From: Sphaerodactylus townsendi
Lineage: Eukaryota
Length of the DNA: 64,000 nucleotides
Assembly: GCF_021028975.2 (NCBI RefSeq)
Contig: NC_059425.1
Span: forward strand, 84,878,001-84,942,000
Direction: 5' to 3'
Shown here one piece after another: positions 63,012 to 64,000 of this stretch. The notes beneath the pieces are model-generated. The model was not told the origin of the DNA, did no database searches, and saw only the letters and a list, made by a program, of their open reading frames with translations. Every line of letters begins with the position of its first letter. Within the stretch, counting starts at the first letter, position 1. The position numbers and the translations under genes were made by a program.

Positions 63012-63273
63012 NNNNNNNNNNNNNNNNNNNNNNNNNNNNNNNNNNNNNNNNNNNNNNNNNNNNNNNNNNNNNNNNNNNNNNNNNNNNNNNNNNNNNNNNN
63101 NNNNNNNNNNNNNNNNNNNNNNNNNNNNNNNNNNNNNNNNNNNNNNNNNNNNNNNNNNNNNNNNNNNNNNNNNNNNNNNNNNNNNNNNNNNNNNNNNNNN
63201 NNNNNNNNNNNNNNNNNNNNNNNNNNNNNNNNNNNNNNNNNNNNNNNNNNNNNNNNNNNNNNNNNNNNNNNNN
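63012..63273. other. Assembly gap
   Basis: N run. Confidence 1.
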
Positions 63274-63289
63274 ACAGTTAACAACCAAT

Positions 63290-63900
63290 AATACAATAAT
63301 TCATAAAAGGCCAGATTCTGAATTTTTACAAAGAAGTAAAAAGTTAAAATATAAAATAAAACTTATTTTAACCTTCCTCTAAAAGAACATAAAACTTATT
63401 TTAACCTTCCAGAACTGATGGTCTCCTATCCACCTTCTTTCCTGTATTTATTTACTAAAACACAAAACCAAGCTATATTACTGGAAATTCTTTGGTCCTT
63501 ATCCAATAGCAAATAGTTTAATTTCCATTTATTATATTTTCCAGCCCATTCAGTCAAGTTGGGCCCCAGGATTTCTTTCTCTGAGCTTATCATATAGGAG
63601 GCACTTAAGCAATTTGTGTTCAATCGAATCCACTTCTTTTAGCGAGCAACCACAGAGCCTCTGTTCATAGGGAATTTTCTTGAATCTGCCCTCCAAGACA
63701 GCAGATGGCAGGGTATTACTACAAGCCAATGAAAACATCCTCCGATGATTTTTATTCTCTAGGAAAAAATAGATAAGGGGCTGGTTTCACCTGGAATTTG
63801 AGGGATTCAGGAGCCAGATATTCCAGAGTAAGCCTTAAATCAGATTGTTTGTATCATAAACTCTTTGACAATCTCCCTAGCTTTCTCTAGCCCCTGAAGA
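63290..63900 (-). mobile_element. Non-LTR retrotransposon 3' end with C-terminal zinc knuckle (RTE-X-like)
   Basis: LEGRFKKIPYEQRLCGC..VDSIEH.LLKC (CxC..H..C pattern). Confidence 0.55.
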
Positions 63901-64000
63901 ACTTTTTAAGTGTGTTTGTATCTTTCTATATGTTTTAGTTCTGCTCTTGATTTTTTAATGATTTGTGTGTGTGTATAGGGGTTTGTTTAAATGGTTTTAA

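Noticed and set aside
62842-63382. ORFs of 100-150 aa
   Set aside because: Artefacts of translating the N gap.
38493-64000. Further ARID4B coding exons (ALDEPPYLTVG...)
   Set aside because: None recognised; consistent with a long intron running past the window.

Overview
Vertebrate genomic DNA. The repeat repertoire points to a squamate reptile, probably a gecko (inference). The window covers the GGPS1/ARID4B head-to-head locus. A complete 4-exon GGPS1 (300 aa geranylgeranyl diphosphate synthase) lies on the minus strand (about 22.3-36.6 kb). It shares a CpG-island bidirectional promoter with ARID4B (plus strand), of which only exons 1-2 and the start of a long intron are in the window. The main unusual structure is a ~20 kb interrupted palindrome (5297-25343) carrying a second, convergent, open-frame copy of GGPS1 exons 3-4 with 5 amino-acid differences. 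Arm-to-arm identity is patchy, a promoter-like spacer sits between the arms, and both arms end at assembly gaps at the same homologous position. The rest is transposon-rich. There are four DIRS tyrosine-recombinase retrotransposons: one nearly intact, and one with clear ITR/ICR termini. There are also a Rex1/Babar LINE, L2/CR1 fragments, SINEs, hAT and Tc1/mariner MITEs, and Penelope-like remnants carrying minimal hammerhead ribozyme motifs. All identities and family assignments are by eye; no alignments or database searches were run.
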